From positions 19,933,001 through 19,966,000 of the forward strand of contig NC_042997.1 in NCBI RefSeq assembly GCF_006345805.1: a DNA stretch of 33,000 bases. Reading direction: 5' to 3'. Of the stretch, positions 11,275 through 23,678 are shown in pieces. This DNA is from Octopus sinensis (lineage: Eukaryota). The translations under genes were made by a program, and so were the position numbers. The notes beneath the pieces were generated by a model. That model saw nothing but the letters and a program-made list of their open reading frames with translations, made no database searches and was not told where the DNA came from. The first letter of the stretch is position 1. Each line of letters opens with the position of its first letter.

Positions 11275-11488
11275 CTTTTCTACTCTAGGCACAGTGTCCA
11301 AAATTTTGGGGAAGGGAACCAGTCGATTAGATCGACCCCAGTATGCATCTGGTACTTAATTTATCAACTCTGAAAGGATGAAAGGCAAAGTCGACCTTGG
11401 CAGAATTTGAACTCAGAATGTAAAGACAGACGAAATAACACTAAGCATTTTGCCCAGCGTACTAACATTTCTATCAGCTCACCGCCTT
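11275..11488 (-). mobile_element. SINE family B with TSD
   Basis: Full head-to-tail match to family B. 17 bp TSD aacatgcttctgatatt (11258-11274) / aacatgtttatgatatt (11489-11505). Confidence 0.88.
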
Positions 11489-11639
11489 AACATGTTTATG
11501 ATATTAAAAAAAAAATGCCATTTTCCTTACTAAAACTGCCATTTTTTGTGACCCTTTTGCAAACACCAGACATACCGCTTTCCTCATTCATTTTTTATTA
11601 CTTTCTAATATTGTTATAAAGCCTTAGGATGGATAGAAG

Positions 11640-11737
11640 TTGTAGCCTATTAAAACGACCCCAATACTTGACTAGTACTTTGTTTTATTGAATTCAAAAG
11701 CATAAATGGTAAAGTTGACCTCGATAGGATTTGAACA
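11640..11737 (-). mobile_element. SINE family B internal fragment
   Basis: gacccca.tacttgactagtact...aaagttgacctcg..aggatttgaac matches 11330-11415. Confidence 0.6.
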
Positions 11738-11828
11738 ATAATCGAAAAGTAAGCAATCTTGAACTATTTCTTCTTATAGAGAAGATGCAACAGAAGAAAT
11801 TTATCGGTCAAAGAATACATAGTAAGAT

Positions 11829-12352
11829 GTTTTAGCTGGGTGCAAAAGATAAATGTGGCTAAAGCCTTGGTAACATTATAATCTTCTAGTTTCAAACGAG
11901 TCCCGATAAAGAGCATCAAGGAATACGATGACAAGTTAAAGTTCACAGCCACATTTATTTCGCTGCTAATAGAAGATACAGCAAACTGATTCAGCATGAA
12001 TGATTCTGTTAATAAAAATACACTGGTTTCTCTTGCAGCATGAAGACGATGATATGCATGGGAAAAACACAGAGCATGGTAACAAAAATTTCTCCTGAGA
12101 GAATGCATAGCAGAATAAAACTTGCTCAATGTTGAAGTTCTGGACTCCATTGTGATGACTCACCTCCCTGACGAAAATAGAGGGAAAAGGCTTCCTTAAA
12201 TAGCTATGGGTAAGCTCAAACAGGACCACATTTTTCGAGTTGGGCAAGTGGTCTGACTGGATGGCTTAAAACATTCAATCGGTACAAACGGGTATGGTCA
12301 TGTGACCACTTGCAGAAAACAATGATGATGAGCCAACATGTTTACTTGGTGA
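11829..12352. repeat. Unclassified ~520 bp repeat, copy 1
   Basis: Collinear direct homology to 15061-15592 (e.g. agcaaactgattca.catgaat.attctgttaataaaaatac; ggtcatgtgacc.cttgcagaaaacaatg.tgatgagcca). Confidence 0.85.
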
Positions 12353-12701
12353 AAATGTTTTCTACAACTACCCACTGACCATGAATATTTACCACAAGGG
12401 AAAGATGCAAAAACAACAAGAAAACTGTAGCAAGGGAAAATATATGCAACAAATGGTAAGAACAAAAATTTACATAAAGAACATGCAATCAAAAAGAGGA
12501 AAAAATCATGAGCAAAAAGGTGTCCAATAAAATGTATAATACATAAAATGCTATGAAAATAGCCAAAAGTTAATATAAATGGCTGAAAGTCATTAAGAAC
12601 AGTTCAGAGAGTTCGAAATGAGAATCTTTAGAAATTACATAAGATGGTAATGTCAGTGGTAAGCATAGGATGTATGTATGTAAGCTGTAAAGAAAACAAT
12701 A

Positions 12702-13721
12702 TTGGTATTATTTGATCGTTTCATCCGCACGTTTTTCACTAAGAAAAAAAAATTGGATTTTTTGCATAGAATCAAATACCCTGACCTTCTAATATGCTGC
12801 AAACCCCTTATTTTTGTTTGGAAAAAGGAGTAGGGGAAGAAACGGCCCTATCCCAGAATCATTGGAAATTTTTTCTGTTGAATGAATTCTGGTGACCTAA
12901 TATGCTACAAAACCCTTTCCTGGGTCCGGAAAACAGGATGGGGTGGGGTAGAACCCTTGCAAAATTCACCCTCACCCCCATTTTCAAATATGTTTTGCCA
13001 TTTCTTTCTTTACCCACAATTTTAGCTAACGTTTTGCAGAAATACGTCTTCGAGAGAGCATGGATTACATTAGATTGAAAATTCGAAGAAATTTGAAATG
13101 AATAAGTGAAACTGCAGAGGTTATAGAAGTTAGTGGAGAAATAATGAACGATAAATCCTTAAAAAAAGAACATGTTAAAGTTTTTGCATGCATGTGTGAA
13201 ACATCCTACCTCTTAAAATCACTGGATATAATATATATATATTAATCACAGATTGCAGAATAGATTTGAAAAACTAAAGCATTCTCTTTGCAAGTTTTGG
13301 CACCGAAATGAGTTTCATTTTGTGTGGGGTGAGAGAGAGAAAGAGAGAGTGGGTGAGGAAGTTTACCTAAATTTTGAATGCTGTAACAATATATCCTCAG
13401 TCAAACCGTCCAGCCCATGCCAGCATGGAAAGCAGACGTTAAATGATGATAATGATGATGATGATGAAGATGATGATGATATATTATGATATATATAATT
13501 ATGATATATTGTTACACCATTCAAAGTTTAGGTAAACTTCGTTGCCCACTCACTCACTTTCTCTCCTCTCTCTCTCCCCACACAAAAATGAAACTCATTT
13601 CGGCGCCAAAAATAAGGGGTTTCAGCATATTAGGCAGTCAGGGTACTTGATTCCATGCTAAAAATCCGAGTTTTCTTTTCTTAGTGAAAATCGTGCCGGT
13701 GAAAGGATCAAGATTTACCAA
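12702..13721. mobile_element. Non-autonomous DNA transposon with ~110 bp TIRs and an internal foldback
   Basis: 12702-12812 is the reverse complement of 13612-13721; 13295-13395 is the reverse complement of 13503-13611. Confidence 0.8.
13396..13490 (+). mobile_element. Short RTE 3' tail with (GAT)n in the centre of the foldback
   Basis: aaccgtccagcccatgccagcatggaaagcagacgttaaa(tga)n matches 18330-18390. Confidence 0.85.
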
Positions 13722-13865
13722 AATATTTTCTTGTCAAATGTTGTGGAAAAAAATGGCTGTTATTTCTAGCAACAGTAAAGATTAGGAAAGCACATCAAAA
13801 CGTAGTGATAGAAACATGGTGAGTAATAAACAAACGAAGAAGCATGTTGAAATCCACTGGTCGCC

Positions 13866-13926
13866 ATGGCTGCTGCGAAAAAGGATGTTGGAATGGCGTT
13901 AAAACTGGGATCTGAAGCTCCCACAG
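13866..13926 (+). CDS. Candidate first coding exon (MAAAKKDVGMALKLGSEAPT), unverified
   Basis: gccATGG context, 20 open codons plus one base, and a consensus donor CAG|GTAAGT. No recognisable homology; it lies in a degenerate-looking block. Confidence 0.2.
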
Positions 13927-15060
13927 GTAAGTAGGTTGAAATAAAAATTGTGACAGATAGAGAAAAATAATCTTCCGACTTCAATGGTGAGGAAAATTCT
14001 ATAATATAAAATAGCAATGGCTGAGCATTTGTCAAATCAAGATGGTGCAAAAGGAGACGATGCTGTGTGAATATGACAAATGAAGATCCCAAAAGGTGTC
14101 AGTAGTCATAGCAGCCAAGACAGGGTGTCGAATTAAATGTGGATGTGAAGCTGAAGAACCATAGAGAAAACATTGCCTCAAGACAAATGTCTTGAGAAAA
14201 GGGCAGCAAACTGCCGAATCCGAGGTAGAGATTTTTAATGATTGTAATCTCTGACAAACAGAGCTGAAGAAGACTTACTAAGAATGCAGGATGAAAAGAT
14301 GCCATGCAGTTGAAAAAAAAGTACAAGTTTCTCCATTCTCTGACCGTAAGAAACAGGAATATGACTTTTCATGCAGAGGCAAAATTTCACAATAGCAGTT
14401 GTAACCAAAAGTAGCCAAATTGAAAAATGGCAGGCAAGCAACATATAAAAAAGCAGAAATTGGCATGGGAGTGGATCAAAGTGAAGAAATGCTACACAAA
14501 AGAAAACATAAAAAACAGCTGTGTACTTAGATGAGAAATATTGATGAGCAGATGACTGCTATTTCTTGTAAGTTGATGATGCTGTATAGGCATGAAAGAT
14601 CGACAGTAGTGGTAAGAATGTCAGAGATGTTGAAAGCAATGGATGGAACTGGAGATTATGCCATACTGTATTAGTTACCAGGAATGAATTGCACAGGAAT
14701 AAAAATTGGTATGTATGTAACTCAGCAAATCTGAGTAGCAGATTTAATGCCATTTCTAGCAAAAGGCAAATGAAAACGATGCTATCCAAACACGGGCGGA
14801 GTAGGAAAAGGTGGTATTTGCATGTGAAAATGTTCTCACACGAACAAGGTTGGAAGATGAAAAGTGTTGGAACAGTTTTCACAAGGAGCTTTTCAACTGG
14901 AAAAATTTCTTACAGCATGTACGATGATGACAGTAATTCATGAATGTAACCAGGTTTGCTGCTAAAAAATATAAAAGCTTCCCATAGGCATAACTGACAT
15001 AGCTGCATTACTTCAGGGTCAAGATGGTGTTACTGCAAAAAGTTTGGAGTCCGGTCATCA

Positions 15061-15592
15061 GTTTTAGCAAAGTGAAAAAGGAAAATGTGGCTGAGGCACT
15101 GTTAGTATAATCTTCTGGTTTCAAACGGATCATAATAAAGAGCATCAAGGAATGCAAAGACCCAAGTTAAAATTCACTGCCACATTTATTTCACCGCTAA
15201 TAGAAGATATAGCAAACTGATTCAACATGAATAATTCTGTTAATAAAAATACATCGGTTCCTCTTGCAGCTTGAAGATGATGATGTGCACAGGGAAAACA
15301 CAGAGCATGGTAACAAAAATCTTTCCTGACAATTATCTCCTCTCTGAGATTGCATAGTGGAATAAAACTTGCTGTATGTCGAAGATCCAAACTCCATTGT
15401 GACAAATCACCTCCCCGAAGAAAATAGCAGGAAGAGGCATCCTTAAATGGCTATTGGTAGGCTCAAAAAGGACCACAGTTTTCTGGTCAAGCAAGTGGTC
15501 AGAGTGGATGACTTTAAGCATGCAGGCAGCATAAATGAGTATGGTCATGTGACCGCTTGCAGAAAACAATGGTGATGAGCCAAAATGTGGGT
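15061..15592. repeat. Unclassified ~520 bp repeat, copy 2
   Basis: Direct homology to 11829-12352 with a small internal indel. Confidence 0.85.
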
Positions 15593-17135
15593 ACTTAGAG
15601 GTAAACTGTGAACATGCTTGCAATAATGTTATAAATATGGTGAACTACTGATTTAGGATTTTCAGTTTATGATCATAGGGTCGATTCCTGAACCTGGTGT
15701 CACATTGTGTACATAAGTACAGTATTCCTTTTCAAGCTGCTCTGGTTTATCAGTTGGTTGCTGATGCAGACTCTTCTCTGTCCAACTGTCCCATCTTCGA
15801 TGTTTTGCTGGGTTAAGGGGTGGCAGCGGAGCCCTTGGAAGTGTTTGCTTCTGCTTGCAACTACATAGGCATCTAAAATATTTAGCAAAAGCATAGTATA
15901 TCTTAACAAGTACAGCTGAATGTACTGTGTTTTAACTATGAATAACTAGCTTAAAAGCCACACTCCATACAGTCCTTTAAGCTAGCACCTGCAGAGGGTT
16001 AATTGTGCCTGTGACTCGAAACTAAAGAGTGTTAAACAGCATGACGATAAGCATTGGGGGTGTTTGATCAGACGTCAAAGACGGATGAAAATTAATTTTG
16101 TTATGCAATCATTATATTGTTCCAGTCCCAAGTTGAATTTCAACTGTTGGCCAAATTGTCCTAAAGCTCTTATCTCATTGTAAAATTAATGAAGCAAATG
16201 TTGTTTGTCTCCCCCTTGATCTCTGACATCATCTGACAAATGTGAACCAAGATGGCATGAATCAGCCTAGCTTTACCTGCTAGAAATAGCAACCCAAATG
16301 CTTTTAAATCAGATCCCAATGCTGGAGATTCAAAAACCAAATCAAGGGCAGATTTTCAATCCTGGAATCATCCTGATTCCAAAAAGGTATATGTTTATGT
16401 AGAGCAAATGTAGACTGTGATACAGGGGTCCCAGACGGACAGACAGAAAATTGCTTTTATTATTATTGAAGTATAACGGAAACCTAATCTTAGGAAGCCA
16501 CACTAATTAGTAATTATTAGTTCATTGAATTCCGCATTGATGAAATATCATATACGCTAACTAAAATCATTGCACAAACAGAATTTATGAACAGCATAGA
16601 ACTTAATAACTTAAGGAAAAAAACTACTTATTCTTTAAGCAGAGTTTTTTTTTTGTAATATCTAGACAAGCACAATCAGAATCAACGATCAAGTAGATGT
16701 TGAACAAAGAAGACGCCAGTGTCCTATGTCACTTGTGGTTAGTTCATAGATTGTTATAATTATTGGACAGACTTCAAAGATTTTGTTCGATTCATCAGCA
16801 TTAATTTGAAGAAATCTATAAATAATTAGCCTAGGCAAGTTCACATTCATGACATTACAAATGAAATTATATTATAATATTTTATGATGGTGTATATTTT
16901 ATTAAATAAATCTTTTTATATTAATCTCACTTTGAAATGTTTGTACTGTCTTTCAAGTAGAAAAGTTTCATTTGAAATAATGGAAAAGTTTTCTGGTGTC
17001 ACTGAGGCCAGAATGAGTAGACCTATGATTGAAAATATTCTAGTCAAGACCATTCCGGTTTTTTTTTCAGGATACACGACCTGATATATCCCTCCATTTT
17101 AAGGATGGTTGGGTGTGATTTGAGAGAGAGAGAGA

Positions 17136-18538
17136 GATACAACCAGACAAAATGCTCTCAAGTTGACTGTATAATGGCCCTAGTTTAGATTTCGAATCAA
17201 GAATACTAGACCTTAAATTAGGTTTAAGTATATATTAGGTGAATCAAGGGAAAAGATGCAATTTATGCATAGAAAAAATCTTCTGTATTTTCACGTCTAA
17301 ATATCACTTGCTTAATAGTAGGCAAGAAAGCCCTAAGATTCCCACACCTTTACAGGGATGCATTTAAATACTTCAGCAGAAAGGATTTTTAATTAAGTAA
17401 GCACCCCTTGAATAGGAGATGCTTGAGTTTACATGGTAAATGTCAATGTAATGTCTAACTTGCCGATACCATGTAGTAATTAGTATTCTCCATTTGTAAA
17501 CCAATATATATGAAAGTTCTTGCTACACAATGAAACTACATGTACATTAAAACTTAATTTATATTACGAAAGATTCAGATTGGCCTCACAACTAAGTTCT
17601 ACATATGTCATGCATTTAAATTGTTTTTGTATTAGTGACCAGTAATTGTATGGTGTGCAAGAGAGACGATTGCGCTGGTATGGTCATGTGGCGAGAATGG
17701 ATGAAGATAGGTGTGTGAGAAAGTGCCAATCCCTAGCAGTTGAGGGAACCCATGGAAGAGGTAGACCCAGGAAAACCTGGGACGAGGTGGTGAAGCACGA
17801 CCTTCGGATGTTAGGTCTTACCATGAAAATGACTAGAGACCGAGACCTATGGAAGTATGCTGTGCGTGAGAAGACCCGGCAAGACTAGTGAAGCCATAAT
17901 CCGTGGCCCCTACCTGGGATGTAGTCAGTCCACCTGTGCATACCTTCCTTCTTGTGACACTTGTGAAGACCTGTTGAGGCAAGTGAGAATCGAATCAAAT
18001 CAAATCAAATCAAATCGAACCAAATCAAAATAGATGAACATCAATGGAATTTGTATCCTTGTGGTACCAGTGCCGGTGGCACATAAGAAAACCATCCGAA
18101 CGTGACCGTAGCCAGTACCGCAACGACTGGCCTCCGTGCTGAGGGCACGTAACAAACACCATCCGAGCGTGGCCGTCCGCCAGCCTCGTCTGGCACCTGT
18201 GTCGGTGGCACATAAAATCACCCACTACACTCTCGGAGTTGTTGGCGTTAGGAAGGGCATCCAGCTGTAGAAACACTGCCAGATCTGACTGGCCTGGTGC
18301 AGCCTTCGGGCTTGCCAGACCCCAGTTGAACCGTCCAACCCATGCTAGCATGGAAAGCGGACGTTAAACGATGATGATGATGATGATGATATCTGAAACT
18401 CATTAATTCCTAACCCACCTAAGGCTAATGGTTAAAAATATATAATCTGATTTAATTTAAGGTCTAGTATTCTTGATCTGAGATCCAATCTTAGGGTCAA
18501 TGTAGAGTTAGCTTGATGGCAGTTTGTATAGTTGTATC
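17136..18538. mobile_element. Old TIR-bounded element (~100 bp inverted arms) hosting an RTE insertion
   Basis: 17136-17236 is the reverse complement of 18437-18538, with the core atcaagaatactagaccttaaatta identical. Confidence 0.65.
17646..18390 (+). mobile_element. 5'-truncated RTE LINE (second family): ORF end, 3' UTR with (AATCA)n, (GAT)n tail
   Basis: GVQERRLRWYGHVARMDEDRCVRKCQSLAVEGTHGRGRPRKTWDEVVKHDLRMLGL..MTRDRDLWKYAVREKTRQD*; pentanucleotide repeat at ~17990-18026; tail at 18370-18390. Confidence 0.92.
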
Positions 18539-18841
18539 AGGTCTCTAATCTTCCTCTTACTTTCTTTGTACTCAAAAACTATAGTCACCAACCAAATATA
18601 ATGTTGCCTAAACCTACGTGTCCTTTGCTTCAGACTATATCAGTTGCTGAATAACAAATTGCACTGACTAATAACCAAATGACTGCATCTGGGTGCAAAT
18701 GCAATTTCAAGATCTTTATTCAGCAGAAGTGTGCACTGAACACATTTAAATCAAATATGTTGTGTAATTGATGGTAAAAATGAAAAAATATGCAGATGTA
18801 TTAATCTCTATATTCATTGTAATTGTCTTGTGTGATTTATA

Positions 18842-19173
18842 TAGCTTGCTTACCAGCCACATGGTTCTGGGTTCAGTCTCACTGCCTGGCACCTTGGGCA
18901 AGCCTCTGGCCAACCAAATCCGTGTGTGGATTTGGTAGATGGAAACTAAAAGAAGCCCGTCGTATATGTATATATATATATATATACATACATGTGTGTG
19001 TGTGAGTGTATGTGTATGTTTATATGTTTGTGTGTCTGTGTTTTGGCAAAAGTGAACATTAGAATAAGTACTAGGCTTACAAAGAAATAGTCCTGGGGTT
19101 GAGTTGTTTGACTAAAGGCAGTGCTCCAGCATGGCCACACTCAAATGACTGAAACAAGTAAAAGAGTAAAAGA
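18842..19173 (+). mobile_element. SINE family A with internal deletions
   Basis: Aligns with 6804-7206. Confidence 0.85.
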
Positions 19174-19274
19174 ATATATACATATATATGTATATACATA
19201 TATACATACATATGTAGAATAGTATTATTGGACTGTTGGTATGGCTGTGGAATAAGTATTATAACACATCCTTT

Positions 19275-19328
<54 letters not shown>

Positions 19329-19410
19329 ATGTATATATATATATGTATATGTATATATATGTATATGTAAATGTATATATATGTGCGTGTTTGTGTGTGT
19401 GTGTATATAT
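19174..19410. repeat. Compound (TA)n/(TATG)n/(TG)n microsatellite region
   Basis: Seen directly; long pure (TA)n at ~19277-19320. Confidence 0.9.
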
Positions 19411-19874
19411 TCTTACCAAAATTTTTCATGTTCTGCTTAACTAAAAACAATGACTGAAAGTATCTAACATTTCAAAGACACACATTCTGTACAAACCACC
19501 AAAAGATTGCGTTTTTGTTAAAGTGAAAGAATTAAATTTTAGTATAGCTAACATGATGATTTACTTAATGACTTCTCTAAGTGTCAAGAAAAAAATTGTT
19601 ATAAGTTTAGCTAAGAATAAAAGTTTCATTGTATTTAAATACAATTAAAATAATAAAACAAAAGCTATTTTAAATCAGTTATTAACTGACAGTATTAGAT
19701 TGTACTGAATTTATTACATATGATGTTATTACACATGTGGAAAAATAATTTTTTATTTAATTTCTTAAGCAGAATATGACAATGAAGCAAAAGTTTTAAA
19801 TCAAGTCATTTATTGACAATAGAGGACATGTACAGATTAAAATCACTTTACATATTATTGATGCATTACATGTA

Positions 19875-20359
19875 TCGTAAATCCTCGAGTATAATCCGCA
19901 TTTTTTTCCCAAAATTTAAAGGTCAAAATCCTTACTGTGTACCATATACGAGGTTAAAAATGAAAAATATTTTCTAAACAATTTCCGAGTCTCTATTTGC
20001 TAACCGGCAATGCTTGTTCAGACGCATTTTGTGATGTAGGGCACGAAAATACCTTAAGCCTGATAGCAATGAAGTCATAAAGGGATCATCTATAACTTGC
20101 AATAAGCAACATTTATTAAAATAAAAGTATTCAGAACACAGAATAACATGTAACAAACACAATTTGCAAACATTTACATTCCTGTATAACAGTTAAGAAC
20201 ATCACCATTATTGTATTACACATTTGTTTGACTAGGTGCTGCTGGCTTAATTATGCACAACTCAAGTTAGAGAAGAGGTGCGTATTATACACAAGGTTTA
20301 GGTTTTTCAGAAGTACAGCTCCCTAAAAATTCCCTGCATATTATACTCAAGGGCATGGT
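19875..20359. mobile_element. Tc1/mariner (pogo/Tc2-like) MITE
   Basis: Left end TA|tcgtaaatcctcgagtataatccgca; degenerate right end tgcatattatactcaagg; subterminal repeat gcgtattatacacaagg at ~20280. Confidence 0.55.
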
Positions 20360-20499
20360 GATGACTTACACTAGCTAACACCTTGAAGAAACTCTGTTAC
20401 AGTCTTGTAGTTCCCCTATCAAGCAACACACAAATTCTGTGATTTCTTTTTCCTGTGATCCTATCATTCGTATATAAGTGTTGGCAAAGCTTAGAAGCT

Positions 20500-21270
20500 G
20501 GAGTGCTAAAAGCTTCGGACAGTTCTGTTGATTGTATGATGCATGTACGAATATGAAATGCAATGATGCATGGCCACTATTGAATGTAGAAGATATGGAA
20601 AAACTGGAAGAATGCAGTTAGCACCGGATGTTTAGATTTAGTGTCCTTGAATGATGGAGCATAAATGATTTGAGAGATTGACTGGGAATAGAAGATGATG
20701 TATGCAAGAGTAAGGGATTAAATTAGTATGGATATGTGGTGCTCATAGAGGAGGACAATTTGGTAAGTATATCCTGCAATACAAGCATAAGGAACTAGCA
20801 GATGAGGAAGATGTGGGAAGATGGAATGGCACGTTTGGTTGCAGCTCTTCGGACATTAGTGATTTAGATTGACTGACTGGACATAAAACCTATTTTGGTG
20901 CCAGAGGCAAATGCAGGCATGCATACAAGTATGGTCATATAGATGGGAAGGGCGAGAGGGAAAGATGCATTGCAATTTCCTGATGGAATACAATTGACGT
21001 AAACACTTCATTTCCCCTTATTTACATAAAGAGATATGCTTATACATGTTGAGAGGTAGGGGAAGCATTGAAACAACTGATGTCAAATAAGTCAGCATCA
21101 AATCAACTACACCAAAATGCCTCATGTCAATGAAAAGAAAAGGTGAAGGTTGATCTTAAGAGGCTAAACCATATGAATGTGATGATGACATAATGAAATA
21201 GTGACGTGCTGACTAGGAAAAGACCTATCCAATCCAATAAGCATGGAAAATGGATGTAAAATAATTATGA
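20500..21270 (+). mobile_element. Ancient, fragmented RTE remnant (pieces ~20500-20830 and ~21130-21270)
   Basis: LYDAC...DAWPLLNVEDMEKLEE...DLRD*LGIE...*YGYVVLIEEDN; later VKVDLKRL and an agcatggaaaatggatgtaaaa tail. Confidence 0.6.
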
Positions 21271-22321
21271 CTTAAATAATTCCAGAATATGACTAACCTG
21301 TATGCTTAGGATGATAGATCTCTAAGCTGTTAAACCTTCTTTGTTACTAAAATCCCTAAGTTTTGTATTTAGATTTTTCAGTTGAACTACAATATTCTTT
21401 CCTAACAAGAAAAATAGCCGAATTGGTGATATTAGAGTAAATCATTTCCAATGATATTAATCAATAAAGAATGAATATCGAAACTGGTTCTAAAATTCGA
21501 GAACTTAAGACTATCAAATTATTACAATAGGATATAATGTATGTGTCTGTAATGACATTTTTTGACTGTCACCAGACATGTAATCAGTAAATTTTAATGA
21601 ATTTCTTTCTTGATTATGATCTTCTATTCTTATCACAGTTCATTTTAAGTATATAATTAAGGAAAAGATTTGACAAATCTTTTTTCATTCAATCTGATAA
21701 TTGAATTACTAATGATTTTTAGTAAATATTGACAATAAGTAGACATTCAAGATTGAAGATGTTCTAAACTTTTGATATTCTATCTAATATCAATTTTGTT
21801 CATAGCACCTTGTTATAACAAGCAATTTTGTTGCTCCTTGATACTGTGTAAGATATATTACTTTTTTTTTTTTGTAAAATGTTTAAAAATATAATTTAAT
21901 GGTTAGCAATAACTGGTAAAAAGAAAAATTCAACAAGACAACATCATGAAAAATAACAACTGTCTGTTCTTTCGGTCTGTTTATTGATTTCATTTATCAT
22001 GTTGCTAAATTACTATTCAGTCATTCTTTTCATGTCTAATTTTCAATCACGATATGAATTGCAATGTAAATATCTCTTAACCTTTGTTTTCAGGATACTA
22101 TGAAAATAAGAAACTTTACATTGATAGAATATTCCCACGTAATCTGATAATTAGATGACCTTTTCTTGACTGCATAACTTGGGGGCTCAAGAGTTATTTC
22201 CATCAACAATAGATTTGGTATGTATTGTACATCTTTAAAAAATTGATTCCTGATTTGTGATGCCTTATCTACTAAATAGGCTTTCATTTGATATAAGCCT
22301 TCAATATTTCTCAAGCAAAGA

Positions 22322-22480
22322 CCAGCATGGCTATGGGACTAAAAAGCTTGCTTTGCAGCAATGAGGTTTTGAGTTAAGTTTCACAGCATAGAACCTTGGG
22401 CAAGTGTCTTCTTCAAAAGTCCCTGTCCAACCAATGCCTTGTGAGTCGATTTGGTAGATGGAAGCTGAGTTGGAGCCCAT

Positions 22481-22517
<37 letters not shown>

Positions 22518-22532
22518 TAAGAGAGAGAGAGA
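22322..22532 (+). mobile_element. SINE family A 5' half plus (TA)(GA)n
   Basis: accttgggcaagtgtcttc..ccaaccaatgccttgtgagt.gatttggtagatggaa matches family A. Confidence 0.75.
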
Positions 22533-22600
22533 GGCAGTTATACAGATAAAGAAATTAGATATAGTAAATACATTAAATATAAAAGTTTGGGTATGAAATA

Positions 22601-22916
22601 AAAATGATAAACGTCACTCTTCTTAAGCCTAGCGAGGCTCATGGGCCCAGTTTCCTGGTTTCTGTGGCGTATGTGCTCCCCACAGCTGGACGGGACACCA
22701 GTCTATCGCAGCGTTACTCAAGAAACAAGAAGAGAGTGAGAGAAAGTTGTGGTGAAAGAGTACAACAGGGGTTGCCACCACCCCCTGCTGGAGCCTTGTG
22801 GAGCTTTTTAGGTGTTTTCACACAATAAACACACACAACGCCTGGTCTGGGAATCGAAACTGTGATCCTCCGACCATGAGTCCACTGCCCTACTCACAAG
22901 GCCATTGCACCTCCAC
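22601..22916 (-). mobile_element. SINE family C with perfect TSD
   Basis: Homologous to 31051-31363. 13 bp TSD tgggtatgaaata at 22588-22600 and 22917-22929; T-rich tail; gcgat.gactgg.gtcccgtccag motif like V/Meta-domain SINEs (from memory). Confidence 0.9.
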
Positions 22917-22928
22917 TGGGTATGAAAT

Positions 22929-22968
<40 letters not shown>

Positions 22969-23041
22969 TGTATGTATATATGCAAAAGGAGAAGAGAAAG
23001 CAAAAGTTGGAGACTTTCAAATGATGAACTTTTATGTATAA

Positions 23042-23480
23042 ATATATAGATATTTATATTAATAGGTCCAACTTATACAGCAAAAACGACAGCGTAAGTT
23101 AAAGGGGTGGAAGATAGGTGTTAAAAATCCAACATGCGTTTCTGGGGGCTCTGAGATCTATAGTAATGCTGGTAGGTGTAGTTCAGTGCAATATGTGACC
23201 GTATGGATGCATCTTTGAACAATTAACATTCCATCTTTGAACTTCTCTGAAAAAGATCTGAAAGATAAGATCTTCTCTACTCTGATAAACGCTCATCATA
23301 TCCAATATTAATTGCATCCATATGGCCGCGTATTGTGATGAACTACAACCACCAATTTTACAATGGATCTCTAAGCCCCTAGAAATGCCTGTTGGACTTA
23401 TAACACCTTTCTTCCACCCCTTTAATTTCCTCTGTCGCTTGTACTCTGTCTTGGACCTATTAATATAAATATCTATATAT
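23042..23480. mobile_element. Foldback element with ~180 bp inverted arms
   Basis: 23042-23232 is the reverse complement of 23302-23480 (e.g. aataggtccaa..ttaaaggggtggaaga.aggtgtta.aa.tccaaca); terminal ~29 bp are perfectly palindromic. Confidence 0.88.
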
Positions 23481-23485
23481 TGCAG

Positions 23486-23678
23486 CATTTAAGAAACACA
23501 CAAAAACCGTTAGATTCACGTCAACATTTAAATTTAATTTGTCAAAATATTTTCGTTGCTTTGGATCCATGCCCTGTTCACTGACAAAAATTCATGCTGC
23601 ATCAAAGCGACGAAAATATTTTGACAAATTAAATAAATATTGAAGTGAATCTAATGGCTTTTGTGTGTTTCTTAAATG
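23486..23678. mobile_element. Short foldback MITE with ~78 bp arms
   Basis: catttaagaaacacacaaaa...tttgtcaaaatattttcgttgctttg / caaagcgacgaaaatattttgacaaa...ttttgtgtgtttcttaaatg. Confidence 0.9.

Noticed and set aside
13930-14040. RRM-like words (IVTDRE...G*AFVK)
   Set aside because: Wrong spacing and several in-frame stops; probably chance.
23560-23620. Hammerhead in the small foldback (CTGACAA...GACGAAA)
   Set aside because: The core is not CUGANGA, stems I and II cannot form, and the GAAA is simply part of the TIR.
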